Positions 40,673 to 52,665 of a stretch of DNA of 64,000 nucleotides are shown one piece after another. Every line of letters begins with the position of its first letter. Position 1 is the stretch's first letter. The DNA comes from Octopus sinensis. Lineage: Eukaryota. The stretch covers positions 86,366,001 to 86,430,000 of the forward strand of contig NC_043001.1 of the NCBI RefSeq assembly GCF_006345805.1, in the 5' to 3' direction. A program made the translations under genes and the position numbers. The notes below the pieces were generated by a model, which was not told the DNA's origin, searched no databases, and saw only the letters and a list, made by a program, of their open reading frames with translations.

Positions 40673-40867
40673 ACTGTTAATTATTTTTATTGAATTTTAT
40701 TTTCGATTGCAGGGAAACTGATGGACATGTGACTGTTGGAGAAGTAAAGGAAACTTCAACAGCTCCAATTTCTGGTATCTTAATTCCTCCAATCGCAATA
40801 ACATGGATTACACATGTGTATGCTACGGTACTGTTAATTTTTTTATGAAATTTATTCGATTTGGCAG

Positions 40868-40978
40868 GGAAACTGATGGACATGTGACTGTTGGAGAAGT
40901 AAAGGAAAAATCACTTGCTAAAGATATTTACGAATATACCAGGGAAACAGGACAAAGTTCAGCCTCTGTTGAAGTCGG
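40868..40978 (+). CDS. ITIH: Gene B exon 3b (METDGHVTVGEVKEKSLAKDIYEYTRETGQSSASVEV)
   Basis: Acceptor atttggcag, donor gtaatt, 111 nt, phase 2-2. Confidence 0.85.
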
Positions 40979-41069
40979 GTAATTTTATATTTTCCCAACT
41001 ATTTGATATTTCCTGTAGTTTTGGAATATCTCCAAAATATTTCAATTATTATTTTTTATCGCTTTCCAG

Positions 41070-41320
41070 ACACCGCTTCACAAATGTCTTTGATATATCT
41101 GTTAATGTTGAACCACAAAAGTATATAGTTTACAACTTGACTTACCAAGAACTTCTGACACGACAGAACAATAAATACAGGCACGCCGTTCATGTGACCA
41201 ATGGTGAAATTATTGATGACTTTTTAGTTGAAGTTTTCATTACTGAACCACAAGATATTATTCACGTGTCTGTACCAAAAATTACAGATAATAAATTAAC
41301 GGATATTGCTGTTGACAAAG
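41070..41320 (+). CDS. ITIH: Gene B exon 4b
   Basis: Acceptor gctttccag, donor gttggc, 251 nt; 4 nt differences from exon 4a. Confidence 0.9.
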
Positions 41321-42921
41321 GTTGGCAAATCATTTATGATTGGTTTTTCTCTATATTTTCATTTTTCATTATCGTCATAAACTTCATTTAACCACTGCTT
41401 TTATATAATTCACAAAGTAGGTGCACTTCAAAAATACAGAAGCTATTCCTGAAAATATTTTTATTTTTAATGCTGGGTTGAATCTAAGCATTTCTTTAGG
41501 CAGTAAATAACGATGATATAAACATCAACAGAAGTAGACGTGCAACAGTCACTAGTCTTATATCAAGTTCTATACTTGTACAACATACTACAAAGAACCA
41601 CATATAGAAATAGACGGTGGAGAATTAACAGCAAGGATATAAGGCATACTGTCGACGTATTAGAATTGATAATCATTCAACTTCATTGCTAAGGGTAACA
41701 GATAAGTATGATATGCCTATGACAGCCTATATGAAACATGAGGCAACTTTTTCTGATTATTGCTCATAGGTAGTACTATAGAGATGCAGTTATCAATGGT
41801 GTAAAAATGTATCTTTATTCTTGTAGAAATAAAATAAAATTCATTTAGAATAATGATGCATATCGGAATCGTACGTCATTTCGTTTACAATTTGCTAATA
41901 TTATAATGTCTCTGGGTTAACATTTGGTCTCTTCCTAAAGATGATATCATTCTACAATATAATGTCCAAGTGCCCACTCTTGTACAAGTGTCTCCTTCTC
42001 CAAGTAGAATTACACTGCGCTGCAGTAAACATTTCACTGTTCTGCAACAAGCATTATATTTTCCCATATATCAAGTGTTATCGATCCTCCAGTTAACAGT
42101 CCGTTACTATTCAAATATCAAATTAAATGTTATACTACCTCTTGTTATGGCACGCTCTTGTTAAACATACTCTTGATAACCACTCTCATTACATAACTAC
42201 ACTGGTTATCACTTATTAAGATTGCCCTTGACATACAAAACAGTACGCTACAGTAAATTCCAAACTTAATTGTTCACATTCTGGTAGTAAGCTTAAGGAT
42301 TCCTCACTATATACATTAATAGTCAAGAAAGAATAAAAGAAAATTTCGGAAGGTACAATAATACCCTACGTTCAACTGGTGCCTCAAACGGAAGTGGTTA
42401 CGACAAGCAAGGAATTCTAGCCTCTGGGTGGTCTTAAAGATCTAGGAGGTACTAGTTACAATACAAACAGTAGCACGAAGTAGAGTATAAGAGGGGTATC
42501 CTGGGTGTGGCCGGTTCCTTGGACTTTCAGGAATTATGAGACGAAATACTTACAAATGAGAAGGTACTTGTTCCCTGAAGACCTTCAGCTATTCAGCTCT
42601 TCACCTAGAGTTTTTTACTACACTATCATAAAATAGATATTGTGCTGTAAACAGTTTATACCATCTCACCATCAAATGTTACGCAGTCCCTTATTGCTGA
42701 CTAACTAAACTTACCCAGCCACAGTAAACATTATTTAATTCTGCCGCTGTTCACTTAACATTATCCAACAGTAAATATGACACTGATTCGCAGTCAACAT
42801 TAGATAGTCCATCAAGTCGTTTAAATTATATCTCATCAGGTTAGATGATATTGAAATAACAGGTATTTATTCAACTCTGTTATCGATATTCAAATTAAGA
42901 TATTGTTTGTTTTTAAAACAG

Positions 42922-43082
42922 AGCTGGATTCTGCTTTAATTACGAACATCAGCAGTAGAGAGGTTTACATCAAATACAACCCAAGTCGTAAACAACAAGA
43001 AGAAATAAAGAAAGATGGCGTTGCAGGTTTACTCAGAGTGGAATATGACGTGGATCGTCAAAATAATTCAAATTTGATATAC
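42922..43082 (+). CDS. ITIH: Gene B exon 5b (ELDSALITNISSREVYIKYNPSRKQQEEIKKDGVAGLLRVEYDVDRQNNSNLIY)
   Basis: Acceptor tttttaaaacag, donor gtaagt, 161 nt, phase 1-0. Confidence 0.9.
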
Positions 43083-43208
43083 GTAAGTCATTGTTTTACA
43101 TCAAATTCTCATCTTGTCATTTAAAAGGGAATGTTATACTATAATCTTATCTTATATAAATGTGTGTGTGCGCGTCTGTGTGTGTGTATGTTAATCACCA
43201 TTTAAAAT

Positions 43209-43290
43209 TATACCTGAGAATGGTGAATTATATGTTTTGATGTAATTTGCGAATATATCAATAAAATTCTACTGAAACAGCTATCGTAAA
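43209..43290 (+). ncRNA. Degenerate hammerhead motif with long stem II
   Basis: TATAC-CTGAGAA...GAA-ACAGCTAT-C-GTAAA; resembles the motif at 25711; core has a 1-nt deletion. Confidence 0.3.
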
Positions 43291-44399
43291 TTTTAAACCC
43301 ATGTGTGCCTCTTGTTACACATATGCTTCAACTAAAACCAAACCCAGAGTTGGATCTACTATTTAAACTGGATTTGGTATATACATACCTACAGTATCCT
43401 ATTAACACTTGATACCTCCAATTTTGTTTATCTCACTCTGTTATTTTACCCAGTCATTCCTGGCGCCCTACGTATTGATGTACATAGGTTCTATTGAATC
43501 CTACAATACGTAATTTGTGTGTGTATGTGTGTTTGTTACTCAAATTATAAGGTATTACAGATCTATTACAGCTTATATTCACAATTGATTTCGAAAGAGA
43601 TATAAGATAAAGAACAGCTATGTAATACACGCGCTCTTCGAGGATGACAGGTATGGAAAAATATGATGATTACTCTCTATTGATGAAGGTGAGAAATTAT
43701 CACATCTACGTTGTAGTTGCTGTGAAGAGAAGACGAAATGAAGTCACGTGAGACAATTGATCGAAGATTTGGCCCTAAAACACCTGAGTCAACTGTGATG
43801 CAGAAAGTGCCTGGTGTGTAAATATATGTGTAGTAGATTTTAAAGAGTTGACATATCTGTAGAGTTGCTGTGTGTTTAAGATGTAGAGGAAGGAATAGAG
43901 TGGGCGCACAGGATTTTAATCTTGTTTGGATGCATACGCGTATGTTTGTTATGTATGTATGTTTTGCCTAAAGACCCAGTTTAATCTTCAGGACCTGATG
44001 GTAAGAGGATCGAGGGTGCAGAACCTTGTAATCTGTATATGTAAAAGGCAGGATGTGTGTGTGTGTACGTGAATGTAATTTATGCACGTCCACAAATTAG
44101 CACGCATGTCGCTCCAATTTTAGGAAGACATTCCTCATGAACTTAGCTGTATTTTCGTCAACTTATTTTTACCAGAGGCACCAGCGAATAGCAGTAAAAG
44201 TAAATTTTCTAACAAAACTTTTAACAATTTTCAAGTCGGAGAAATCACCATTGTTTGCAAACATGAATTAAGTCCCCTTCTAGCGACGAGTAAGTTTTTG
44301 TTAAGACTTTGTTGGTTTTTTCCATCGAAGAAAAAGTGTTTTGTTGATATACGGGCAACACACACACACACGAACATGTATGCTTAAAAAAATATGTTT

Positions 44400-44586
44400 G
44401 CAATAGGTGTACGTTCGTATGTGTGTGTATGTGTGTATGTGTGTGTGTTGCCCATATATATAAACCAATTTCACGGATTTCGCCCAAATTTGACGTCAAT
44501 GTTACTTAGTTTGGTTTGAAATAAAGAACTTGATTAGCTTAATAATCCTAACTTAATCCCGGGCAAAGCCGGCTTATACTGCTAGT
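44400..44586 (-). mobile_element. Possible Helentron-type non-autonomous fragment
   Basis: The minus strand begins ACTAGC...GCCGGCTTTGCCCGG and contains CAAATTTGGGCGAAATCCG. Confidence 0.35.
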
Positions 44587-44756
44587 TATTGTTATATTGA
44601 AATAAGCCTTCCCCTTCTCCAAGATTTTGCGCTTCATGTTGTAATCCATGGTTATTTCCTTGCCATCAAACACTTGTCGTAGCACAGCAACCTCAAGTGG
44701 TTTGGGTGCAAGGGACATAACTTTGGAGAAATAGCTCATTCAGTTGTCTCTTAGAC

Positions 44757-44920
44757 CCGTGTTTCCCAAATGTAGACCGAGGATCCCTGTTGGTCCTCAA
44801 AGGAAGTACTGGGGTTCCGTGAACATGTTAAGCTAACAGACCTTTCAATATCCTGGTGTCCGTGGGAAAATTCATTTAAATAAAAGAGGTCCTTGGTAGT
44901 GAAAAGATTGGGAACCATTG
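44757..44920. mobile_element. hAT (Charlie-like) MITE, 164 bp
   Basis: TIRs CCGTGTTTCCCAA / TTGGGAACCATTG; imperfect 8-bp TSD TCTTAGAC / CCCTAGAC. Confidence 0.6.
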
Positions 44921-45199
44921 CCCTAGACTATGTTTCGTCATTATCTTAGCACCAACAAAATAAAAGTGTTTCTGTTATAGATAACTGTCTACCCAAAGCA
45001 GAGTGTCAGTGAAACATCTTTTAACTTTCTCAAGGTCTTTTAACTGACTGTTAGCTTAATCATAAGAGGAATAGCTGTGTCCCATGACACTTCAGTGCAT
45101 GTTTGAGCGGGGTTTAACCTAGTAATAGACCTTATACTGGACTGGAATGCTTGTACATGCGTGCATTCCACTAAAGTCACCAATAGCGCCTAATCTGTG

Positions 45200-45500
45200 G
45201 AGGCACATAGCCTAGTGGTTAGAGCAGCGGACTGGAGGTCGAGGGATCACGGGTTCGAATTTCAGACCGGGCGATGTGTGTGTTTATGAGCGAAACACCT
45301 AAACTCCACGCAGCTCCGGCAGAAGGTAATGGCGAACTTCTGCTGACTCTTTCGCCACAACTTTTTCTCACTCTTTCCTCCTGCATCTTGCAGCTCACCT
45401 GCCACGGACCGGCGTCCCATTCCGGTGGGGAACCTATACGCCAAGGAAACCGAGAAACCGGCCCTATGAGCTAGTCATGGCTTGAGAAGGAACAAACAAC
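45200..45500 (+). mobile_element. SINE family W, full length
   Basis: GTGGAGGCACATAGCCTAGTGGTTAGAGCAGCGGACT...GGGTTCGAAT tRNA-like head; AACAAAC tail. Confidence 0.85.
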
Positions 45501-46531
45501 AAATAGCGGCCAATCTGGGTGCAACGTTTCTCTACATGAATTCTGAGCAGGTCTCCGTTCATAGTCGCTGTACGGGATTATATAGTTGGATGGAGCACAG
45601 AAACAAACGACCACAATGATTTATGTAATTATTTATAAAATACGTTATTATAGGAAATAAAGGGAACGAAAAAAACAAGACAGTTTCGATTCAGAGATAG
45701 GTGACTGGGAACATTGGTTTGTCTAGTACTTGAAGTGTTACGCCATAGACTACTCAAACTTAATATTCGGGTGTCAAATTTTACTGTGGGGCGAAGGATT
45801 AATATTCGCATATGAAGGCAAATTTGCGATGATCTGTTGAGACAATATTTTACTTGTTAAAAACATTACACAACTAAGCTATTAACTTCTGTGTTGTTGT
45901 AAGCGTTCTTTTTTTTGTTTTTGATGCGTGCATATTAGGAAAACGAAATGAGAATTGAAATACTGGGTTAAAACTGTGGTATCGATTGTTTGTTATATTT
46001 TTCTGGCGGTTTAAACATCAAGAGACTGTCATGGAGAATAGCGACAACTTCTAAAATGACGATGGTAGAAACGTGGCAGCGGCTGAGTGTTTAACAATTA
46101 ACCATTTTCATTAGATAGATAAAATCTTGAAAATTAAGCAAATAGTCGACTATAAACAGATTTATATAACAAAATCCAAAGACCTAGTACAATAATATGT
46201 ACGGTAAATTATCTTTGATCTAAGAATGCAGTGGACGTTGTTGAACACTTCCATAAGTATGTGTCTTCTGGATTAGATAAGAGAATTAATCGAAGGTTCA
46301 TACTGGTATTCCAAACTGCACAGTGGGTTATCTTTTAAATTGTTGTTAACATAAATAAATCTATTTCTCTTCTGATAACAGGACTACAATTATAATATAT
46401 TTGATATGCTGTATATTGTGACTAAATATCATATCTGCTAGTAAAATCTCATACTAAATAGTTGGAATAATTTTCCATAAAATGTTATTAAAATAAACCA
46501 TCATGTTCTATTTTCTCTTCAAAATTCGTAG

Positions 46532-46820
46532 GCAGTTGATGGCTTCTTTGTACACTTCTTCACTCCTGATTCCTTACCAAGTCTTTCAAAGCACATCGTA
46601 TTTATGCTTGATGTCAGTGCATCAATGTCTGGTCGTAAAATTGAACAAATGAGCGAAGCTATGGAAAACATCCTTGATCAACTCGACCCAGAACTTGATA
46701 AATTTCTCATCGGTAAATTCAGTAGTGGCGTTTCGTGGATGAAGGACGAGTTTTTAATAGCAAACAATCTTAACAAAAATTTAGGCAAACATTACATTAA
46801 GAATCTTCAAGCCACTGGAA
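46532..46820 (+). CDS. ITIH: Gene B exon 6, start of vWA (AVDGFFVHFFTP...KHIVFMLDVSASMSGRKIEQ...LQATG)
   Basis: Acceptor aattcgtag, donor gtaagt, 289 nt, phase 0-1; DxSxS MIDAS motif. Confidence 0.92.
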
Positions 46821-47302
46821 GTAAGTTAAAAAAAAAAGTATTATATTTGTATCGAATTTTGTTTATCAGTGCTTTACAATCTATCAATATTGTTAAATTT
46901 TGCTAGATTATATTAGGGAAGAAGACGCAGGGTTAGCTTTAATTCCATTACCGTGAGTTCATGGATATATATAGTTCTTCAAATTATCGGGAAAGTTCAT
47001 TTTTGTTACATACTTTTTTTTAGTCCTTAAATGATAATTTTATATTCCTTATCCAGAAGATAAGGACGAAGCTGTTTTGCTAGCTTACTTCTTTTTAACT
47101 CTCATATATCATATTATAATATGTTAGTGTGATTGCTGGCAGACGTTGAAGTGCCAACACTTCCTTTTGAAGTTGTGATGAAGTTTCGTTGTATTTAGCC
47201 ACAAACCAGCTTTGCAGTAGCCGTCATCAACTTACATTCCCAATCTAATAGTTTTCCTCTTCAGTATGGCATCTTTTGTCTTACACTCTAAATATTCTTT
47301 TC

Positions 47303-47515
47303 TACTCTAGGCACAAAGCCCCAAATTTTTTTTGTGGGGGGGGGGGCAGTCGATTAGATCGACCCCAGTACGCATCTAGTACTTAATTTATTGACTCCGA
47401 AAGGATGAAAGGCAAAGTCGACATCGACGAAATTTGAACCCAGAACGTAGTTACGGGCGAAATACTGCTAAGCATTCCGTCCAGCGTGGTAACAACTCTG
47501 CCATCTCGCCACCTT
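47303..47515 (-). mobile_element. SINE family Y
   Basis: Same core as 17887-18119. Confidence 0.75.
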
Positions 47516-47634
47516 CTACACTCTAAATATTGAATTAACTTTTATTCAGAATGTTAAAATGTAAGGTCACTATTTGACAATGGTCCTTCACGTCCCTATT
47601 TTAAAGCTCTTATTACTAAGTACTACAGTCCTAA

Positions 47635-47722
<88 letters not shown>

Positions 47723-48250
47723 GAGTGAGAGAGCAGTGACACTGGAGTAAAATATACGAAGCCCAGTATACCCGTCATGACTACTCGTCTGATAAGGGTA
47801 CACTAGGCACATGCATCACAATCATATGTGTTTGACATGGTGATCTCATATCAAGATAAACAGCACATTATCTTGCAGGTGGGGCCCAGTTATAATTTCT
47901 TCTGGTCGAGTAACCAATCCTGCACAAAATGTTCCTGAATAAGAGTTGTTTAAGGATGTTGAATGATACACCCATGTTTCCAGAGTTGAATTAATCCAAC
48001 GCCAAAGAATCCCTCTCAACACATGGCTATGATGCTCCCCAACTACTTCTGCTCATGATCAGAGGTGCACATATCGTCAGCCACTAAGGGACATGCTCAA
48101 CTGGTTAGGGTCAAACAAATGACAAGCAAATCTGTGGTATTCAGCAGAATATTTACTGTAGCCCGTCTTTTATACAAAACAATGTACATGATAACACTTC
48201 CAATCAGTTAAGATCAGAAGACACGAGAGCCACTGCCTGGTACTGCATCA
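47723..48250. mobile_element. Unclassified interspersed repeat of about 530 bp embedded in (ATT)n
   Basis: (ATT)n flanks at 47633-47722 and 48251-48322; a diverged inverted copy lies at about 61715-62035. Confidence 0.7.
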
Positions 48251-48323
<73 letters not shown>

Positions 48324-48552
48324 GAACTTTTATCTTGAACTCACATTTTGCTTAAACATTTTAAAATAGTTCCACATTTTAACATTTAATGATTAAATTC
48401 ATCTTTTCATGTCAAACGATTTAGTTACGATTAACTTTGAATTATACGTCTGTGATGCTTTCCTGTAAAGTTTGTATTAATGATCCTAATTCCTTATGAG
48501 TACAAACATTCTGTTACTTTTTTCTGAAAATGTAATTTTACTGTTGTCTCAG

Positions 48553-49238
48553 GTACAAACATTAATGCTGCTCTCCTTCAAAGTGTAGAGAAACATAAAG
48601 CAACTTCAACCCCTACGAAGAAAAGTATTATCGTATTTCTTACTAACGGATATCCAACAGAAGGAGTCACAAAACTCAAAGAAATCAAGAAAAATTTCAG
48701 AGAAGTCAACGAAGAGATTTCATTATTCACCCTTTGTTTCGGAAGAAAATCTATCAATAATTTTTTTCGTGAGCTTGCCACAGAAAACGGAGGATTTAAT
48801 AGGAGGATCTACGCAGACTCTGACAGTAAACTTCAAATTGAAAATTTTTATAAAGAAATATCTAACATTTTATTAAAGGATATTACGTTTGTTTACTTGG
48901 ATGGTGTTGTTAATACTAGTTCTACATCATTTAGCAACTACTTCAAAGGATCAGAATCGGTTGTTTCCGGTGTTTTGCCGCAGAATAATCACTCAACCAT
49001 AAATGTGAATTTAACAATGACAAACCACTTGGGGCCAACTATGGAAAATTTGGAGCTAGAATTATATAGAGATGACTTTACTTCAGATGATGGTTTTTCG
49101 CAAAATTACAGTTTGACTAGTATTCAGTCATTTTCTGAAATTACTGAAAAGACTTATGCTTATCTCACTTTGAGACAACTTCTTATAGAAGACAAAACAA
49201 ATGAAGTGCGTTATGACATTCTTAATTTAGCTCTAAAG
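48553..49238 (+). CDS. ITIH: Gene B exon 7, vWA and following region (STNINAALL...IIVFLTNGYPTEG...ENGGFNRRIYADSD...TEKTYAYLTLRQLL...LNLALK)
   Basis: Acceptor ttgtctcag, donor gtgagt, 686 nt open frame, phase 1-0. Confidence 0.92.
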
Positions 49239-49565
49239 GTGAGTAAAAAGGATATCATTATCAATTACATTTTTATTTTAATATTTTAAGAGATAATATG
49301 GTTTATTTGTTACTAGTTATCGATATCAGTCAATGTCTGATAAATGTGCTTTTATTTTTTTACTAATTTCACTTATATTCCTGCGTTCATGTTGGGCACC
49401 TCATGAAAGTTTAATTTGGTCTGATCGACAAGAGTACTTATTTTTTAAATCTGGTAACTGTTGTATCGGACTCATTTTGCCGAACAAGTAAAATTATGGA
49501 AACAACCTATACAAAATGAAACTGGTTGCCAAGCAGTGAGGTTGAGTTAACAGAAATAGAATTCA

Positions 49566-49646
49566 ATACATACATACATACATACATACATACATACATA
49601 CATACATACATACATACATACATACACACATACATGCATACATACA
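49566..49646. repeat. (CATA)n microsatellite
   Basis: Tetranucleotide run. Confidence 0.9.
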
Positions 49647-50220
49647 TGATGAACTCTCCTGTCAAACAGGACTGTGAGTGTTCAGATTTTTGCCGAACGA
49701 CCTGCACAAATTATTTGTTTTATAGCGATCAAATGTATGAGCTGTATATTAGCTCACTCCATCCGTCAAATTGAAGTTGCCTGAATAGGTGCACTGTGTA
49801 CCATTTGCCAGATGTCGAAGTGATCGCAGAGAAACGTGATAAGAAGTGTTTTGCTCAAGAAAACAACGCACTAGGTCTAGGAATTAAAACCAGTTATCAC
49901 TCCTCCTCCTCGACTCTCTCGTTGCTGATACGTGATGCGAGGGAAGCCATCATTCCGACTATTACTTTCACCAAGACTAAACGGGCATATCCTGTCTCCT
50001 TAAGCGTTCAGAATAATTTTTCCATCGTCTTGACTTAACAACCCTCATCGTTTGTTTTTACTGTTTTGTTCTCCTTGTTCTGTCTTTAACTGTTTTTACT
50101 TTTTTTATTGTTTTTACTGTTTTGTTCTCACTGTTCTGTTCTTGTTACCACTTTCACCCTCCGCAAAAAGTCCCAAATTTTATTTAATTTGCTTCGCGGA
50201 AAGGACTGTTTCAATGAAGT

Positions 50221-50281
50221 CGCGTCTTGTCCTTACCCTCAAAACGCGGAGTAGACGAAACAGGGACAACTGAAGAAGGGG
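50221..50281 (+). ncRNA. Candidate non-circularly permuted (pseudoknotted) hammerhead ribozyme, G12 mutated
   Basis: CGCGT-C-TTGTCC / TTA / CCCTC-AAA-ACGCG / 15 nt / GGACAA-CTGAAGA-A-GGGG. Stems I (6 bp), II (4 bp) and III (5 bp) all abut the core correctly. Confidence 0.55.
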
Positions 50282-51069
50282 AATATTCTATATGTTTTAT
50301 GTCTCGTTTTTCTGGGGTTTTTTTCTCGTTGTTTGAAAAAAGTTCATTTCTATGTTTTTGTTTTTATGTTTTCGTTTCTCATTGTGTTTAACGATTTTTT
50401 TATGTCCTGTACCCATATATGCATGTATATATACATATATATGTAAGTATGTACATATATGTATGTATATATGCATATATTTATAAATTATTTACATTAT
50501 AAAATATACAATGTCGGTTATAAAATATAATGATATAAGTCACTAGTTAGTACTCTCCTCTGATATTTCAATATTTCAAGATAAGCACCCCTTCTTCAGA
50601 AAATTTACGAGAAAAGGTGTGGAAAGCCAACATCTCTGCTCTGTAGTATGTGTGTATTATTTTTGTTCAATAAAAAGTTACAAAAGCAAAAGTCATTACT
50701 TGCGGTCCAAGATTTTGCGCATTTCATTAAGTCCCATGCAGGAAACTAACTGCTTTTGAGTCACTGTTACATACATACATACACACATACATACATACAT
50801 ACATACATACATACATACATACATACATACATACATACATACATACATAAGACTGTGGCCTAGATCATAATTTCGATACGCGGATCGGGCGGCGCTTTTC
50901 GACATCTGACGTGTGGCACATCTGTGCACCCTTAGAAGCAGTGTCGATTTGATGGAGGGTGTGTGCTTATGTGAATACAAATATTTGAGCGCTATAAACA
51001 AACCATCTGTGTGGTGGTTTAGCAAGAGACTACAGAACACTCATCTGTCACCATGAGTTTGCGCGCGCG

Positions 51070-52075
51070 CGTGTGTTTGTAGAGATGAACAAATATCATG
51101 GATCAACTGGGAAGCGGAAAGGCAACTAGGGTGGATGGCGCAGCACTGCACTCTTAACTTTACAAGCTTTTTGTCTGTTGTTGGGAGCAGGGAAAGTTAC
51201 CACAGAATTTCCGCGATGCTGTCATCATTATTCTGTATAAAAACAAGAGAGAAGTATCTACTCCAGCCACAAGGTTATAAGCTATCTCTCCGTAGCAGAC
51301 AAAATCCTTGCCAGAATACTCATCAACAGACTAAATGCTCACTAAGAGCTCTACCGACATTGTTTTTGTTCTCATCAAATGCCAAAATCGATAATGAAGT
51401 TGATAACATACTGGCCAATGCAAACAGTAATTTCAACAGTCTGTACAATGGTCCGCTGAAGAAAATGACTGGAAACATTGTAAACACACAGTCGTGTAAG
51501 ATTGAGAGTCGTAGATCATTTATTCGTGCCCCTAAAAACCCCTTGTGTGGCTTCATCAGCGCTATCTTCGATTCATCCGCAGCATCCACTGGAGTGACTT
51601 TGTCCAGAACAGACAAAGAATCTGCCACAACGAAACAACTCTGTTGAAGGCACAGTTACCTTGGGCAAGGATGGAGTATCATCGACTTTCTAATATCAAG
51701 CTCTATGGCTAACTTTCCTCTGGTTACTGTGATAGAAGAGTACCAAAGAAGAAGTTCAAAGTCTCCCTGAAGGAATCACTTATTGCCTGCCACATTAATC
51801 CCCACCTGTGTCCTGTATTTGTCGCTGACTGTGAAGCCTGACATCTCATTCTGCTCTGGACAACAACCATTTTTGTGGACACTCGCAGAACCATCGAGAG
51901 AAAATGAGGGAAAACAAGTATACTACGACCAATTCTAGCCAACCAACCCTCCAGTGTAGTCTTTCTGATCATGCCTGCTTGTCTCGAATTGGACACGTTT
52001 GACATAAGCAAGCCTGAAAAAGACGTGAACATCCCACTCCGTACCTCTTCGTACACAAAGCCAATCCAGGATACG
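51070..52075 (+). mobile_element. Decayed, internally deleted RTE/BovB-like LINE
   Basis: LFVCCWEQGKLPQNFRDAVIIILYKNK, KILARILINRL, SSNAKIDNEVDN.LA.AN, FHQRYLR..IHWSDFV and MEYHRL..KLYG motifs. Confidence 0.8.
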
Positions 52076-52592
52076 GACCGAAACTGTTTGTTTACGAAGT
52101 GATTCCCAAAACAAACACAATTTTATGAATTTTTCGCAGAATATCTACCGAAACTTGATATCAAATCAAAATGTAATAATCTAAGTATATTTAGTTCTTC
52201 TTTATAACATCAATGACGTGGTGTCCCTATATTAGAGCTTAATAACAATATTTGAAGGTTTATTACAACTGTAGAGTCCATTTAATTTAGATAATAGTCC
52301 TTAAGATATCTTACTTCAAGATAAATACTACAGTAACTGGTCTATGCGCTATGCATGATACATAGAAACATTTTAAGGCGTAGGCAGGCTGTGTGGTAAG
52401 AAGTTTGCTACCTAACTACATGGTTTCAGGTTTAGTTTCACATATATACGGTATATATATATGTGTGTATATATATATACACACACACACACTCACACAT
52501 GTTGAAAAGATAAAATTACATCAATTATTTTCATGTATTGTTTTCTTATTAATATTACTATTGTCCTAAAACTAATATTCTTGTTTTCACAG

Positions 52593-52665
52593 TATAATTT
52601 CGTAACTCCATTAACATCAATGGTTGTTACCAAATACAATGTGAACGAGGAACTCTTTGAGAAAG
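52593..52665 (+). CDS. ITIH: Gene B exon 8 (YNFVTPLTSMVVTKYNVNEELFEK)
   Basis: Acceptor ttgttttcacag, donor gtaatt, 73 nt, phase 0-1; canonical ITIH Y.FVTPLTSMVV. Confidence 0.92.

Noticed and set aside
43440-44000. Possible Penelope GIY-YIG remnant on the minus strand
   Set aside because: Only a vague PGTF...GP resemblance; not supportable by eye.
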